A DNA stretch of 56,602 bases, filler included, from Jimgerdemannia flammicorona (taxonomy: Eukaryota): the NCBI GenBank assembly GCA_003990765.1. It is 3 parts of 3 records of this genome, joined end to end, with 100 filler letters (N's around TTAATTAATTAA, not from the genome) between each part and the next. Parts side by side here need not be neighbours in the genome. Positions count along the whole stretch, not along the records: positions 18,903 to 37,703 come from RBNJ01002111.1; 2 more parts are not named here. One strand, written 5' to 3'. Below are positions 25,101 through 37,803 of the stretch, piece by piece. Position 1 is the stretch's first letter, and every line of letters begins with the position of its first letter. The position numbers and the translations under genes are program-made. The notes beneath the pieces were generated by a model. The model ran no database searches, was not told the DNA's origin, and saw only the letters and a program-made list of their open reading frames with translations.

Positions 25101-27944
25101 AAACTATTGATAGAGTAGGCTGAACTATTGGAAAACAAGAAGATATTATATTGAAAAGTCCAGTAGATTAGGTTAGAGATAGAGAAACTGCAAGATTTAC
25201 TATATAGAGAGGAGGATGTATAAGTAAAGGATATGGTAGCCCAGCTATAATGATAAGACCTGGAGAAAGGGAAATAGTTAACAAAGTTCTTATCTAGACT
25301 CCTTCAGATAAGGAGAGTAAGACAGCAATGAGATGGAGTATTGGATAAGATAGAGGAGCTGGTGGTAGAGACTCAGAATATCTTAAATCAGCTGAGTAAA
25401 TGCTGAAGGCTACTGTGGAGTAAGGAGAAAGATGGGGAGAATGAGTAGACCATTGCACAGTATCTGAAGTAGTAGTATCTAGATCTGACAGAGGGTCTGG
25501 GAGAGCTAGAGGTGCTGGTTTAAGGAGAGAAAATTCTCTGGATCTTAGCTATAACTAGACTCAGAATGACCCCTAGAGAGAATAGTCTGTCCTGAAATTT
25601 CTGAAAGAAGATGGCAGGAGTGGAGATTATATTGAAGGAGATGTTATAGATATGTGATATAGTTATTAGTTCTAGGGAGTGGATAGGGGAATAGTGTCTG
25701 AGACTTATAACTCTGTTGTATAAGGATAAGAAGAGAAGAAAGGAGTGGAAGAACTAGAGGCTAATCATGCTTCTGAATATAGATTATAAACTGGTTATGA
25801 AGATCTTAGTGACCAGATTATTAGAGGTGGCCCAGTGGGTATTGAGAGAGGAATAATAGAGTTTTGTTAGTAGCTAATTAATTAAAGATAGAACAGTATG
25901 GGTCTATAGAGTTATTGAAGGAGCTAAAGTTACAGGAGTGAATAGTTGTCTGATATTTCTGGATCAGAAGAAGATATATAATAGGGTGAGAAAGTGTGGT
26001 TAGAAGGGGTATTAAAGTATATTGAGGTCTCTCCAGACTTTCAACAGATCTTAGTCAGTTTATTAAAGGGAAGTTAAACAGTAATTCTTATAAATAGATA
26101 CTGAAAGATATCATTCTTTCTGAGGAGAGGGGCACTAGGTGATCTACTCTCTCTTATTCTTTATATTCTCTCTTTAGAGTCTTGGTTAGACAGAATTTGG
26201 TACAAGGTGGAGGAGTTAACTATTCTGAATAGGAATTGGAAGATGTAAGTCTTTATAGATAATATAATAGTTAGATTGAGCTCTGTAGAGGATTTGGCCA
26301 CTTTGAAGTAGGCAGTAGAATGATACAAAAAGTGCTTAAGGATTAAGCTTAACTGACACAAATGTGAGACTCTAGTGCTAGGTGGCAGAATAGTGAGAGG
26401 AGATATAATTAGAGTAATTATCTCAATAGGAGAGGTGGTCTGCTATTTGGAAATCTATTTCTCAGTATATGGCTCTCTGCTGCCTAAGGTATAGTAGAAG
26501 TAGAATATGATAGAGTAGAGAAATATACTTCTGAGCTAGTATGGCTGATAGATCTCTTTAGCAGAAAGAGTGATGGTGCTAAATATATACTGATTGTCTA
26601 AGCTATAGTAATCTGAGATATCACCTAGACTTTTCAGCTTAGATAGTAAAGAGACTTCTGAGAATAACCAGATCTTAGATTGAGACTGAACAATATAGTC
26701 AGATTGGATGAGATATATTGATATTACTAGTAGGCCAGGAGGGCTATAGTCTTGTAGATTTTACTAAGTACTTATATTACTTAAGGATATGGTGGCCAAA
26801 ATATACTAGTGAGCTGAGAGGTCAAGGCTGGATATCTCTTATATAGAGAGTGTGGTAGCTAAAATATACTAGTGAGCTAAGAGGTCAAGGTTGAGTACCT
26901 CTTATATAGAGAGTGTAGAAGGCATAATTCTCTTTCAGAGGAGCATCTGGAGACTTGCTCTCTCTGGTGACTCTTGAGGAGAGCTATAGAATATAGTTTA
27001 AGAGCTTCTGGTGAGGATGGTTAATGGGATCTATAAAATTAATATCTATTAGTATAGTGATAAGAGAGAGAGAAAATGGAAACCTAAGATATGAAGATAG
27101 AACTATCTTCTACTGGGGAGTACTCTAGTAGATGGTTTTTATCTTAAGGATGATATAGAGTATCTTTGAGAACAGAAGAGAGATTTATAGTCTGAGTCTT
27201 GGCAGAGAGTGGGAATTGGTAAAGAATAGAACTGGGCTAGTGTCTGATCATAAAGCAAAATAGTGACTCAGTGACTTTTACTCAAGTTTTGAGTAATGTG
27301 ATAGAGGCTTCTATAGTAAAATATAATGTTAAACTTTCAGTCAGAGTATCTGATAGATGGGAGTATCTTTGATTATAAGGAGTATTATAATATCAAGTAG
27401 GTAGAGGAGTAATATAGATCTTAGAATATTGGTTAAAAGAGTGTGAGATCTTAGCTGACTTCTGGTGAGTGATCAAAGATCAGCTAGGAGTATATCTATC
27501 TATATAGGTAGCAGGATACTCTTTGGGTACAGCTGGTGAGAAAAGTCAATAATGAATGGTTGTTGGTTAAATAGGTTCTTACTATATAGATTAGACTTTT
27601 TGGACATTTACTGTATATTTTTGAGGATAGCTAGAAGCTGGTAAGAGGGGTGTAAGTAGTAAGATAAGAGTAGTTAGTATTGGAGTTATTGAATGGGTGG
27701 CAGCAGAGATGGAAACTCAGAGGAGGTCTTCATCATAGACTTATTAAAAAGATATATACAAAGAGTAGAGAGAGGGTCTAGATATCTGAAAGAGTGGTTT
27801 TCTTTAGATAAAATAGAGAAGGAGGAGAGACTCTCTGTAGGATTGAGTAGGGGGGAGCTTCTTTATATTGATATAGTATAGAATAGTTGGTGATAAATGT
27901 AGGAGTCTAAGTGACTATAAAAAAAAAAAAAAAAAAAAAAAAAA
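22131..27944 (+). mobile_element. Near full-length, heavily mutated L1/Tx1-clade LINE (copy C)
   Basis: 5' end resembles copy D. ORF1 remnant, ORF2 ATG AAC AGT at 24162, FLDQKKIYNRV ~25955-25990, hairpin 27904-27916 and poly(A) to 27944. The 5' boundary is approximate and no TSD was resolved. Confidence 0.9.
26788..26918 (+). repeat. 63-bp tandem duplication inside LINE C ORF2
   Basis: TGGTGGCCAAAATATACTAGTGAGCTGAG.. (26790) repeats as TGGTAGCTAAAATATACTAGTGAGCTAAG.. (26853). The differences I can see are all transitions. Confidence 0.9.
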
Positions 27945-29765
27945 CTTTCAAAGCTTATATAAGAATTAGAAAATCTCATTACACAATTCTGATTTCCCTC
28001 AGAAGCTCCACCGGTCTCCTCTATTGAACTACTACTAAAACTAGTAACTATAGTACCAGAAGGACTAGAAATAGTCTCTTCAAGGATACTCAGATCTACT
28101 ATATTTTACCTAAGATCAATAATATTATATTTAAAATACTCAAGCATTCTAAGCTCTAGCAATAACTCAGAAAGTAAATTAGAACCAGAATCAGAACCAG
28201 AGTCAGAACTAAAAGACAGTGATAATAAAATAACTATTCTAATATCAATCTTTGCAGAATACTCAGAAGAAGATCTAAAGAATTCCTTAATAAGATTGAA
28301 GAAATAGCAGCTCTAAAGAATCTCTCTATCTAGAGAAAAGTTGCTATCTTCAAGGTCCAACTCAGAGAACTATTTAAGAGAATTTTTAACTAAGTAGCAA
28401 ATAATATACATTTAGACCTTAGAGTAGTCATCTATATAGTATCATTCTAGAAAGAAGAATATAGAGCTATGATCTACTGGCTTATCAAAAAATATACAAG
28501 AAATGAAATCTACTATAAGATTCAAGAGTTCATTATAGAGATGAAGATAAATCTCAGAGAATTACCTAAGATATTCTTTACTAGAATCTATAAAAGAATG
28601 TATATAGTCAGGTTCAATATCACTAACTAGAATATTATAGGTCCAATGATCTTTATAAATGAGATTTCCTCAAATATTATCTAATATATCTACACCTTAG
28701 GTATCAGAAGGTCTGAGAATTTTTTGATGTTAGATAAGAAATTACCTAGAGTGATCATAATAAGAAGAATGACAAAAAAGACCTTCTGGTCAAAATCCTC
28801 TAAGAACTCTTTCAAGAATATAGAAAATCAAAAGAAAGAAAGCCAACCAAGAAGTAAAAGAAAGAGAGAAACAAATCCAAGATCTTAACTCTAAGTTAGA
28901 CTGATTGGCTGGGCAAATAAAAAAACTCACTATATATAAAATTAGAGCTATCTATAAAATAATAGAGAATATACATTATAAAGAAACTATGACTATCTAC
29001 TCAGAGATAATAGAAGCTATCAGTCATAAGAAAAAAGAAGATATCTAGTCCAAGATAGAGCCCAAGTCTAATGCTTCTACTGCAGATAGTTTGGATACTA
29101 TACTACAGAATGTGATAATAGAAGAAGTGATCAAAGAAACTCAGAACTACTAAATTAAAAGAATACAACTCAGTACAAAAAGACTGAAGCTCACTCTGTT
29201 AAATATCTTAAAGAAGAAAGTAATAGTAAAGACTATAGTGATCTAGACCTACATATATCCAATCAAGGTCATTACTAGAAAACAGTCTATCTAGCTAAGA
29301 AAGAGAAGAGATCAGTAGAAAGACTGTTTAGAAATACTAACAAAAGAACTATCTAGAAAGAAAATGAAGAAGATGAAAAGGAGTAGGTTGAGATATCTCC
29401 CAGACTCTTTTATCTTTTGTATCTAAAATAAATAAACTACTACTGAAGGATGAAGAAATAGAGTAAAAAAAACAAGAGTCTATTATTCTGAAGCTCAAGA
29501 AGAAATATATTCCAAAGACTATATCTAGATATATAGTGATGAGCAAATGGGTAATAATGTTTTGAAAATTTTACTTTTATAAATAATATCTCTATAAATA
29601 ATTAATATAATGAAATGTAACTTATATTTTCCAAAAGCTCTTGCTTTTCTTTACCATTGGTTAAAATATCATTTTGATACCATTATTATTTAGCTTGCAA
29701 TAAATTTTTACATTAATACTATGTATTGTTACTCTTTTGGTTTTTCCACTGCCATTTTTGCTATT

Positions 29766-30780
29766 TTAATATTTCACATAATCTCCTTTGGTCTTATATA
29801 CAGCAGCAATGCGTCTTGGCATGCTCTCAATTAGGTTAATGCATTTTTCGGTTAATATGCCTTCCCATTCATACTCTATATGTTCCCAAAGCTCTTGCAT
29901 TCCTTTGGGTGATTCATCATACACATTGAGCAGTTGTTTGAGATGTCTCCAAAGATGTTCAATTGGATTAATATTGGGGGACTGTGCTGGCCAATCTAGC
30001 AAATAAATGGAATTGTTCTTGAACCAGTTGCACACCATCTTCGATGTATATTTTAGATCATTATCTTGTTGAAATATCACCTTCTTTTTGTCTATTCTAA
30101 AGAATTTAATAGATTCCTTTAATTCATCTTCGAGAATTTCCATATATAGCTCCAAATTCATACGCCCATTGATTCTGCATATATATCCAATGCTATAGTA
30201 ACTTATACATCCCCAAATCATAATCGATCTGCCACTGAATTTCAATGTTAGAGTTACATGATGTTGCTCAAGCTATACCCTGGGCCTCTTCTATGCCCAT
30301 TCTCATCCATCTGATCCCAAACAGTTGACTTTTGTTTTGTCTGAGAATATCACCCATTTCCAGTCATCTATGGTCCAGTCCTTGTATTTTTGCGAATTCA
30401 TACTGCGATTTGATATAGCATGGCAACAATAACAACTTTTTCTACTTCACAAATAACTTCAAACTGATACCTTTTAATGTTCGATATACTGTAGTTGCAC
30501 TCACACTGGCTCAGCCCTCTTCTTGAAGTATTTTTGTGACATTTGCAGTGGTTTCAACCTTACCACTGGACATCTGGTGGACAATCTATGATCTATCTTG
30601 AGTAGATAACTTTGGTGGATGACCACCTTTTAATATGTTTGTATCATCACAATGCTTGTTTTGGATGCGGCTAATTGAAGTAATGCTTATGCCAATTGCT
30701 TTGGCAATCTTTTTTGCCAACTGCCCAGAATTCAACCTATTGATGATAGTGTCATAAATCTCAATAGATAGCTTCTGCAT
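29766..30780 (-). pseudogene. Tc1-family DDE transposase, disrupted
   Basis: HTH N-terminus with GGHPPKLS. Motifs WTIDDWKWVIFSD, IMIWGC, FQQDND, WPAQSPNINPIEHLW. Several stops and a frameshift. Confidence 0.92.
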
Positions 30781-30828
30781 TTTATATAAGAAATAAATGT
30801 CAGTATGAATTTTTACACCATTTTTATA

Positions 30829-30890
30829 CCAAGAATGACATCAAGAATGATGCTAAGAATGATGTCAAGAATGACACCAAGAATGATGAC
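30829..30890. repeat. 12-bp tandem repeat (CAAGAATGACAY-like) x5 upstream of the transposase
   Basis: caagaatgacat caagaatgatgc taagaatgatgt caagaatgacac caagaatgatga. Confidence 0.85.
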
Positions 30891-32997
30891 ATATGTCACA
30901 GCTATATAAAAGATTGAGCGGGTTATGTGAAATATTAAAATAGCAAAAATGGTGATGCAAAAGCCAAAAGGGTAACAATATATAGTATTAATGTAAAAAT
31001 TTATTGCAAGCTAAATAATAATGGTATCAAAATGATATTTTAACCAATGGTAAAGAAAAGCAAGAGCTTTTGGAAAATATAAGTTACATTTCATTATATT
31101 AATTATTTATAGAGATATTATTTATAAAAGTAAAATTTTCAAAATATTATTACCCTTTTGCTCACCACTGTACCTATAATAAAGTCTGGCAAAAAATTCA
31201 AGAAATTAAGATAGAAGTCTCTCTCCTATAGTTCCTATAACTAATATCTACTAAAGTTTAAAACAAACTATTGAGAACCACTAGGTCCAATACTAGCCAA
31301 GTTCTAATTCCATAAGAACTAGTACCAGCTACCATCTAGACTATAGAAAGATATATTAGTATATATCTATATAGAGATATTAGAGGACAGAAGGCAAAAA
31401 TCCTCATTAATATAGGAGTAGCTATCTGTATTATTGTCAAATAATTTTTAGACACCCTTTAGTTGCCCATTGATAGACCATCTAACCTCAGCATCATAGT
31501 AGCAGATAGAGCCCAAACTCAACTCTTTGAAGAAATATAAAATATCACTATCTCTCTTAGATACATTCAGTTCTCTATTCTAAAAGCTATTATCACTAAA
31601 GCTATTATCTATAATATAATTTTTGATACCAACTAGATGAAGGAAATGAATATAATTATTAATATTAGCCAACAGATTCTCAAATTTAACTATAGAGAAA
31701 AGAAGTACAGAATCAAAGTGACTAGCTATAAGCAATTGAGAAAGAAGAAAATTATTATCTAGAAAGAATATACTAGTAGTGAAGAATCTACTATAGAGAA
31801 AGAAGGTAAATCTGAAGATAGAAATAATCTCAGACTTAACCTATAAATCAATCTAGTAGATAATAGATCAGAAAACAATATATAGGCTAAAAATACTATC
31901 TCTATTATAATTGAAGCTATTGCAAGATAAACTAGAGAATATACTATCTATCTCAAAAGATACAAAACTCTAAATATTTCTTTAAGATTATTAAAACAAG
32001 AAATTCATCTAATACAGCCTATTCTGAGTATAGAAAAAGAATGAAGAAATACAATCATACTCTGAAGATATCTATAACTAAAGCTAAAGAAGTATATATA
32101 AATAATCTGAAGTTAAGAAGTATCTAATAAAGAAATCTCTAAATAAAAAATACCTAAATAGGAGGAACTCTCTGAACTTATTATCTAATATAACTCTTAC
32201 TGGATGTTATCAAAAGATGATGATCTCTGGAATACTGAAAAAGGATCAAGTATAGTTATTATTATTCTAAGATGAGAAATATATCAGAAAAGAGCCTTTT
32301 GGTTAGAAAGATACTAGTATCAAAAGATCTTCTGCTCTCTCTAAGACTACTGCTATCAGTGCTACATATTAGACTAGTAAGAAAGATAGAGATACTGCAG
32401 ACCAGGATCTCTATTATAATTATATAGATAACTATCTTTTAAGAAACTACTATAATATTAAAAAGATGAGCTAATAGATAAAGACACTTTATCTAAATAG
32501 AAGTATATTTCTTAGCTACCATTTTTTCAACTTATGATAAAAATAAATCCCAATTCTCAAGATAACAAGAAGTTAATAACTAAGAACTATATTTTTAAGT
32601 AATGAGATATTATAATCATGGAAAACACCCAGACTGCTGAGACTGTCTATATTAAAAGATTTACCTCAGCCAAGATACTACTATATATATACTTAAGAAA
32701 GGAGATAATAGAGCTCAGATCTGAAGAAATTAGCCCAAAAAACTAAAAAAAAAAACTCTCAAAATCTATAATCTAAGAAATAACATCTTAGCTCTCATTA
32801 GATATAAAACTTATCAAAGATGGATAGAAGATACTATCAGCTTTATGAAAGCCCTAGACCCTATAGAAAAAAGAGAAATCAATTATCTCTGAGGCCCCTC
32901 TACTGGAGCCAGATAGCCACACCTCAATCTTAGAATATAGAGACTTACATCTACTAGAGCTTCAGCCCAAGAATAATCTAAACTTAATAAAGATATT

Positions 32998-33405
32998 ATC
33001 TAGTATGTCTTTCTATATTCCAAGATCAAACTCTTAATAAAGACTTATCAAGAAGATATAGGATATGATCTTTACAGCCTTAGAGATAAATCTATTAAGT
33101 CTGAAAGAATAATAATACTTAGTACAGGACTAGCTATACAGTCATCCAAAGAAACTTACATCTAACTGACCTCAATATCTGAGCTTGCTAGATAAGAAAT
33201 AACTGTAGAGGGAGAAATAATAGATACTAGATATATAGGTGAAATCAAGATCATTCTAAATAATAGTAGTATAGAATAGGATCAAATCTACAAAAGGCAA
33301 AAGATTATATAAGTAATCTTCATAAAGATCAAGACTTCCTAACTATAAGAAGTCTGCAAACTGACTCAAGATATAAGATAAACTAAAAAATTGAAAAACT
33401 CAGAT
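32998..33405 (+). pseudogene. dUTPase domain of Gypsy family II pol
   Basis: IGYDLYS, LSTGLAI, SELAR, VEGEIIDTRYIGEIKIILNN and QKII*VIF match trimeric dUTPase motifs after G>A/C>T changes. Confidence 0.85.
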
Positions 33406-34427
33406 AAGAAAGAAATATACCTTCTCTAGGTTAACCACTTCAAGAAGAATACTTTTTGATAAGTATACTATCAATCAGTTAAGCTATATAAGAACCTCAT
33501 CCTAAAACTAAAAGAATAGACCATCTTCAAATCTTTATACTATCTAATTCTAGAAATCTCTTCTTTGAACTCAAGAGGACATTAAGAATCTAGATATAAA
33601 AGAATATACATTTCCTGATAAGATAAATTCTATGTACTCTCAAGTAATTAACCAAGGCTGAGATAGTCTCATTCTGTCAAAAAGAACTATTATAGATCAT
33701 CTGGTACTCTATCTCAATCAGATATATAGAGAAGTTTATAAACTAAACCTATCAAAAAATAGCAAAAGGTCTCAGAAGAAAGAAAGACCTTTCTGTAACT
33801 CAGAAGAAAGTAAAGCCTTTTACTAATATTAGAGAAAAATTAACTCTCTAATAATAGTAGTAACTTGTAGAACTTCTTTATAAATACCAAGATATCTTTA
33901 CTATAAACTATAGTAATCTACTATATAACTAATTATACCATTATAGTATAAATATAGAAAATATAACATTTATCTAGTAGAAGTCTTATAGAATACTCTA
34001 CTATCTAAAAACTTTCAAGAAGGAATACATTTAGGAACTCTTAGATAATAGAGTTATCTGATCCTCTATTAGTCTCTAGCTAGCTCTATAATTATTATAT
34101 CTAAGAAAAGAGGATGGAGACTCTATATAGATTACAGAAAGCTCAACTTAGTTACAGAAAAAGATATCTACTCTTTGCTCAGAATTAATAATCTCTTAGA
34201 CTAATTATAAGATACTAGATATTTCAGTAATATGAATCTTTTTGCAGAATTTTATAAAATCTATATAGATTCTAAGAATATTCAGAAAACAGCTTTTCTC
34301 ATATTTGAAAAATTGTTTAAATACCTCTAAATACTCTTTGGACTCTGTAGTATATCTCCAATCTTTTAGAGAATGATGAATTTAGTCTATAGCCTACTAA
34401 TTTACCACTACTTAATTATATATATAG

Positions 34428-35960
34428 TATCACATAGAGGGTACTAAGTTCTATTAGAGTGTCTTTCCAAAATCTTATAGTCCTTAAACTTTTTATCTTT
34501 AAACTATTCTATTATCTCTTAGATTTACTTATATAGAATTGAGTAAAGAACTAGAACTCTTGTACACTTAAGTGGTTGGATACTTGAATGCTTAAGTGTT
34601 TTTAATACTGACTTTATTTCAAAGGAAATGAGAGAGATATTTATATAGAATATAATTCAATAATTATTAAGATATAAAGCTAAATATAAAATCTAGTAAC
34701 TAAATAAAATATTTGAATACAGGAAACTTTAGATTGTAAGTACAAATTTAAGTACCTATATAATTGATTATATAAGATCAGAATGCTGGAATAATTTCTG
34801 ATAGTTATATAAGGTCAGGATACTAGAATATTCAAGTATTTAAATAAATAGTTATATAAACAAATTATAGTAAAATATTCAGAATCCTGGGGACTTCATC
34901 TTCATCACTATCATTAAGACTAAAGGTTGGAGACAGAATATCTTCAAAGGAAATAGGGTCAGTAAATATTTCTGTTTTATTTGTTTTGTATATATCAATT
35001 AGTAAGATGATATTATTATCAGTAATATCATCATGATCAACAGCAGTGAGAAGGAGATCAGGGGCTCTCCAATCTATGACATTTTCCTCTATAAAGAAGA
35101 GAACAAAGATAGGATCTTGAGGGAGTCTGATCTGGATACTGAGGTCTTAGAATACTGAGATTAATCCTTGTAGAAATTGATCTAAATTGTTCTCAAGAAT
35201 GGGATTTCAGAACTTTTCTACCTTATCACTTTTGAGAGTAATAGTGGATTGGGCTCCTGTAATTACTATAGCTTCTAGTACATCTGTATAATAGGCTGAT
35301 AATTTCTTGAAGTCTAAAACTCTGGTATACTCTAAGTTAGAGATTGATCAAGATATATATCTGAAGATCTGATGGATCTTTTTGGCTACTCTCAATTTGC
35401 ATATATCTATAGGGGTGTCATCTTATATCTCTTGAGAACTGGTCTGAGGGAATTCCCAGCAGAGGAGGTTTCCTATTTCATATTCTTACCACATCCAGAG
35501 TTATTCAATAGTAGTAGTGATCTTTGTCTCCATTTTATAGTAGTAGAGGGTAAAGTGGTAAGAGTCATCAGTACTCAAGTTGAGGCTAGGAATCCTTCTA
35601 GTGCAGATCCTCATAGCTCTCCTGATGTCTTGGAACATTCTCTCTTAGACTGAGAAGCCTTGGTAGTTCCTGGATCTTGAGGTTTGATAAGTGGCAGGTA
35701 TTTTGTTTATAGTAAGTCTTTTGAACTATTTTGGGATTTTGTGAGTCTTATTTGAGTTGCTGCCACTGTGGTTTCTTAGTTCTTCTTTTATATTCCTTGA
35801 GATATCTATCTTATGGTCATCATGACTCATGGTTTATTATTATTACTCATCTTATAGTCTGGATGAGTATACTATATAATCTTCTTGAGTTCCAATCTGG
35901 TAACTTGTAAGGAAAGACTGTCTCCTATGATAATGTTACTATTCTAAGATCACTATTATA
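34428..35960 (-). mobile_element. Solo LTR, a diverged relative of the family III LTR, with 4-bp TSD ATAG
   Basis: Colinear with 38289-39865 and 51364-52939. ATAG at 34424-34427 and 35961-35964. Removing it restores the host RT codons TAT ATA GAT AAT (YIDN, from YIDD). Confidence 0.9.
34865..35701 (-). pseudogene. LTR-encoded ORF, solo-LTR copy (279 codons, start ATG>ATA)
   Basis: One frame from IPATYQTSRSRNYQG to ...FEDILSPTFSLNDSDEDEVPRILNILL*. Contains only in-frame indels and point stops. Confidence 0.75.
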
Positions 35961-37464
35961 ATAGATAATTCCAATATCTATTTAGCAAATTTCAAAAAAT
36001 ACCTGTACTACTTAGAAGAATTCTTCTAGCTCACCCATAAGAACCAACTGAGACTCAATATTAAGAAATACTACTTTAGAAAATAGAAACTTGAATTTTT
36101 TAGATTTATAGTTTCTAAAGAAGAAATTTATATAGACTCAAAGAAAACCAAGAAATCAACAACTAGCCAGTATCCAAGACTCAGAAGAAAACACTATCAT
36201 TTTTAATACTAGTATTCCACTATAGAAGATTTATTAAGAACTTTATCCAAATTGCTACTCTAATTTAAATTTTCTCAAGAAGTACCCTATAAATAGACAG
36301 AACTATAAGAATTAGCCTTCAGAGAACTCAAGCACTCTATGACTACAATACTAATTCTTATATGATTCAATTTATAGAAGTTATTTATCTTTTATATAAA
36401 TATCTCTAAAGATGATTCTAGTCTAAGAAAGATCTGACCAGTAGTACTATATGATAGTTTATATAAGCTAAGTTACTAACTAGCAGTAAACTAACTATAG
36501 TAGTACTAAACTAGAATAACTTATAGTTATATAGGTAGTTACTCTATTTAAATACTATTTTATCAGAAAAAGATTCACTCTAATAACTAACTATACTACT
36601 CTTAAATAGCTATTTAACTATAAGTAATCTACTGAAATTCTTATCTCCTAGATCCTTATCCTACAGAATTATAAAACCACTATTATCTACAAAGCAGAGA
36701 AAGCTCATAACAATATTGATATACTTTCTCACCAGCCCTAATAAACTAGAAGAAGGGTATACTATCAAGGAATTATATTCTAAAGAAAGTTCCCATGACT
36801 ATTAAAGTATAAGAAGATCTTATTTAAAAAAAAAATCAGAAAGCTTACTAAGAATAGCTAAATATAGAAAAAGCTATAAACAATAAATCAATATTGGCCC
36901 AACCTCAGAATATAAGTTAGAGACATATTCAAGAAATATAATATTTGTCAGAAGTACTAAGGAAAGAAGAACTATCAAGCATTATTATAATAAATTACAC
37001 TATCAGAAAATAACTTTTAAAGATAGAGAGTGAATGTTATTAAATCTCTATTAGTTATACTAGAAAAAATAAATATATTCTAGTATTTATAGAATATCTA
37101 ACTAAATGATCTGAAGCTTTCTCAATGGAAATTACTGATATCTCTATTATTGTTAATCTACTTTATGATCTTATACTTAGATATAAACTCCTAGAAGAAC
37201 TTATCTCTAACTAAGATATATAATTTATCAATAATATATATAACTATCTATCTGAATATTATTAACTATATTGAAGTTCTGTTCTCTAAAGAAGAAGAGC
37301 TCTTAGAATAAAGTGACTCAGATATATACTATGATGAGCAATAGAATTGTACTACTGAAATCATAAATTAGCCATATACCATATCTAGTATACTAAGTAA
37401 CCAAGACTGTCTTACTACACCAACTTATATAATTAGTTAGAGATACCAGAAACAGTATGTTTAT

Positions 37465-37525
37465 CTGTACTGAGTGAGTATATTATACTGAGTGGGTATA
37501 CTATACTGAGTGGGTACACTGTACT
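37465..37525. repeat. 18-bp tandem repeat TACTGAGTGGGTAYACTR x3+
   Basis: Read directly from the sequence. Confidence 0.85.
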
Positions 37526-37610
37526 ATCTAGAAACACTTATTATAGATAGTAATCTATAGTTAGTAACATAGTAACCAGATAGTAATTACAACTATATAA
37601 AATACCCACC

Positions 37611-37703
37611 CCCTAGGGGGATTGGGTAGGGGTGGGGCACTGTGTAGTATATAGAGGATAGATAGGTATATTAATAAAGGATGGAGTCCAAGTAACTATA
37701 AAA
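37611..37703 (+). mobile_element. LINE 3' tail fragment at contig end
   Basis: CCCTAGGGGGATTGGGTAG matches the LINE B 3' end. AATAAA, then AGTCCAAGTAACT (37685-37697), then the start of poly(A). Confidence 0.7.
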
Positions 37704-37803
37704 NNNNNNNNNNNNNNNNNNNNNNNNNNNNNNNNNNNNNNNNNNNNTTAATTAATTAANNNNNNNNNNNNNNNNNNNNNNNNNNNNNNNNNNNNNNNNN
37801 NNN
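37704..37803. other. Artificial contig linker N44-TTAATTAATTAA-N44
   Basis: Identical to the linker at 18803-18902. Confidence 0.98.

Larger units (their letters stand above)
29534..31170 (-). mobile_element. Tc1/mariner DNA transposon, 1637 bp, ~248-bp TIRs, TA TSD
   Basis: TA at 29532-33 and 31171-72. TIRs 29534-29781 and 30923-31170, with terminus CAGTGGTGAGCAAAAGGGTAAT (left copy mutated to TAGTGATGAG). Confidence 0.95.
27945..37260 (+). mobile_element. Degenerate Ty3/Gypsy element (family II): gag-PR-dUTPase-RT-RNaseH-IN, interrupted by a Tc1 and a solo LTR, 3'-truncated
   Basis: Gag SIFAEYSEEDL ~28250. Zinc knuckle CFYCR*FGYYTTEC ~29072-29113. Protease KILINIGVAICII ~31400. RT RLYIDYRKLN ~34120 and YIDN split at 34427/35961. 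RNase H ~36380-36740. Integrase core ~37020-37260. Confidence 0.88.

Noticed and set aside
22100..27960. TSD for LINE copy C (AAACTTCAATGAGCTCAC vs AAACTTTCAAAGCTTATA)
   Set aside because: The match needs indels and transversions, so it is not convincing.
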